From: a virus | Taxonomy: Duplodnaviria; Caudoviricetes | IMG/VR virus record: IMGVR_UViG_3300035006_000012 | Location: 1 to 26,140 of that record | Length of the DNA stretch: 26,140 nucleotides | Strand: one strand, 5' to 3' | Shown: positions 24,696 through 26,140 of the stretch, piece by piece | How positions within the stretch are numbered: the first letter of the stretch is position 1 | Layout of the letters: the number at the start of each line of letters is the position of its first letter | Made by a program: the position numbers and the translations under genes | The notes under the pieces: generated by a model | Database searches by the model: none | Seen by the model: the letters and a program-made list of their open reading frames with translations, nothing else | What the model was told of the DNA's origin: nothing

Positions 24696-25391
24696 ATGCT
24701 CGCTGAAGCTGAAAATGCCATATTCAAAAGAGTTCAGGCAATTTTGGCACCCTTTGAAGTGACAATTGCTCCATTTCCAGGTGATAGCGACCAACAACCC
24801 AAGCCTGGGCGTAAGGGCATGATTTTGATTGGGTACAAGCGCTCAAGACATCGCTTAACTTCAGTGGAGCCGGTGACTTGTGAGGTGATTGCCGAGTTTG
24901 AACTGTCTCTGCAACTAAAAGATTTGCGGACACACAGAGGTGCATATCCATTGCTGGATATGGTGCGTTATGCCATGACTGGGCTAATTCCTCTCAAGGG
25001 GCCACTGGGAAAATGCTATCCAGTCCAAGAAGGATTTTTGAAAGTGGAGGACGGTATTTGGTATTACGCTCAAGTTTTTGCAGTGGCGATGCTGCAAATC
25101 GAGGGGCAACAACCATACACGGCTGCTGATATTGATTATTTAGAGCGCGATCCATCTCTAGGAGTGCGACCTTATGCTCCGGTCGGCGGCATTCAACTCC
25201 AAAGTTCAGTGAGGCGATCGCTTGTTGAGAATCTGCCCAGCAACGTAGTGGATCGTGAGTTCATCGTGATAGGAAATGTTCCGTCAACATGCCTCAAAAA
25301 AGAACCACGTACATATAACAGTCTTCAATTAGCTCAAAAGTTAGAGAGCGAACTGACAAGTCAGCGCTTCGCTATCGCCAAATTCAACTGA
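24696..25391 (+). CDS. Gp37-like tail completion protein, C-terminus fused to IS630 sequence
   Basis: LAEAENAIFKRV...DLRTHRGAYPLLDMVRYAMTG...GIWYYAQVF; from ~25287 it reads TCLKKEPRTYNS (IS630). Confidence 0.75.
   Translation: MLAEAENAIFKRVQAILAPFEVTIAPFPGDSDQQPKPGRKGMILIGYKRSRHRLTSVEPVTCEVIAEFELSLQLKDLRTHRGAYPLLDMVRYAMTGLIPLKGPLGKCYPVQEGFLKVEDGIWYYAQVFAVAMLQIEGQQPYTAADIDYLERDPSLGVRPYAPVGGIQLQSSVRRSLVENLPSNVVDREFIVIGNVPSTCLKKEPRTYNSLQLAQKLESELTSQRFAIAKFN
25351..25373. repeat. 23-nt palindromic insertion inside a HIP1 site (SDR-like)
   Basis: GCG|AACTGACAAGTCAGCGCTTCGCT|ATCGC; removal restores GCGATCGC and the IS630 frame. Confidence 0.8.
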
Positions 25392-25417
25392 GTCCTGACA
25401 GATTAAGACGGGTACTC

Positions 25418-25463
25418 GCGAAGGAAGTCTGCCACGGGGAGTACTCCCTGTGGCGAGCTTCGC
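25418..25463. repeat. 46-nt hairpin insertion
   Basis: GCGAAG...GCCACGGGGAGTACTCCCTGTGGC...CTTCGC between GTACTC and AAAAAAAG. Confidence 0.75.
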
Positions 25464-25555
25464 AAAAAAAGGGGGTCATTTGGAAACGAGCAAGGAAAAG
25501 TCACAAAGGGAAACAGGACTCAAAAGCCAAAGAAATAAAGCAAGCCGACCTAGAT

Positions 25556-26140
25556 ATGTTGGAATTGGCGGCAGCCACTGGAGAAATAGACCTGAAGTAT
25601 TTGGATGAATCAGGATTTTGTGTATGGAGTGACCCAAGTTATACCTATTACCAACGAGGTGAGCAAAAACGCTTAGAACAAACGCAGCGTCGTGGTCGTA
25701 GATTAAGTATTATCGGATTTTTTCAACCTTTGATCAGTTTTGTTTACGGTTTGGTTATTGGCGGAGTTGGCAGAAAATCTTATATCCAGATGATGGAGCA
25801 AGAAGCGGAAGAAGCGGAAGCTGTTGGGCGCATCCGAGTAATAGTACAAGATAATGGTCCAATACATAGATGCAAGGAAGTTCAACAGTTATGGTCGAAG
25901 TGGGAAAGCCAGGGCTTACACATCTTCTTTTTGCCTAAATATTGCTCTGAAATGAACCCAATTGAATTGGAGTGGCAGCATTTAAAAAAAGATGAACTCG
26001 CAGGGCAAATGTTTGATGACGAGTTGGAGCTTGCCTATGCCGTAATTCATGGGGTTGAAGTTAGAGCAGAAAAAGGAAACTACAGTACACAACGTACTAA
26101 ATTTGACTCTAAAAAAGCAACTCAACATTTCGTTACATAG
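25556..26140 (+). CDS. IS630 transposase DDE domain (orfB)
   Basis: YLDESGF, VIVQDNGPIH, FLPKYCSEMNPIELEWQHLK. Confidence 0.93.
   Translation: MLELAAATGEIDLKYLDESGFCVWSDPSYTYYQRGEQKRLEQTQRRGRRLSIIGFFQPLISFVYGLVIGGVGRKSYIQMMEQEAEEAEAVGRIRVIVQDNGPIHRCKEVQQLWSKWESQGLHIFFLPKYCSEMNPIELEWQHLKKDELAGQMFDDELELAYAVIHGVEVRAEKGNYSTQRTKFDSKKATQHFVT

Larger units (their letters stand above)
376..25221. repeat. Dispersed HIP1 octamers GCGATCGC
   Basis: Seen at 376, 4324, 8626, 9368, 11416, 12499, 13663, 14654, 15029, 18372, 21294, 22213 and 25214; typical of cyanobacteria. Confidence 0.9.
1..25286. mobile_element. Defective prophage / integrative element (boundaries outside or unclear)
   Basis: Integrase, terminase, portal, head and neck genes, antirepressors; many disrupted ORFs; no host housekeeping genes. 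Confidence 0.85.
25287..26140 (+). mobile_element. IS630-family element remnant (left end and orfA N-terminus missing)
   Basis: orfA piece CLKKEPRTYNSLQLAQKLESDRQIQLSPDRLRRVLKK once two small inserts are removed; A7G slippery site at 25464-25471; DDE orfB. Confidence 0.9.

Overview
A decayed temperate prophage/integrative element from a cyanobacterium: at least 13 HIP1 GCGATCGC octamers, and Nostocales/Chroococcidiopsis-type gene families. Left arm: a broken tyrosine integrase, a T5orf172 fragment, and a coupled minus-strand operon ending in a membrane-anchored FtsK/HerA-type ATPase. Middle and right: a SigF/SigJ-like sigma factor, terminase, DUF935 portal, MuF head morphogenesis, virion morphogenesis, protease, DUF2184-type capsid, DUF1320 and Gp37-like genes, cut off by an IS630 remnant. 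Main observations: (1) a 265-bp non-coding element present twice with identical direct flanks but its 226-bp IR-bounded core in opposite orientations (flip/flop); (2) a GGGAAYnnT J-box-like motif upstream of each late gene block, matching a phage sigma factor with a degenerate region 4; (3) a portal with an inserted InPase-like domain and an A9G -1 slippery site linking it to a long extension; (4) three paralogous cassettes of HTH repressor / promoter + leader hairpin / conserved small protein / interchangeable antirepressor (BRO-N, KilA-N, Rha), whose order is regularised by undoing one ~3.75-kb inversion; (5) tiny palindromic insertions, one inside a HIP1 site. All family assignments are by motif recognition; no database searches were run.
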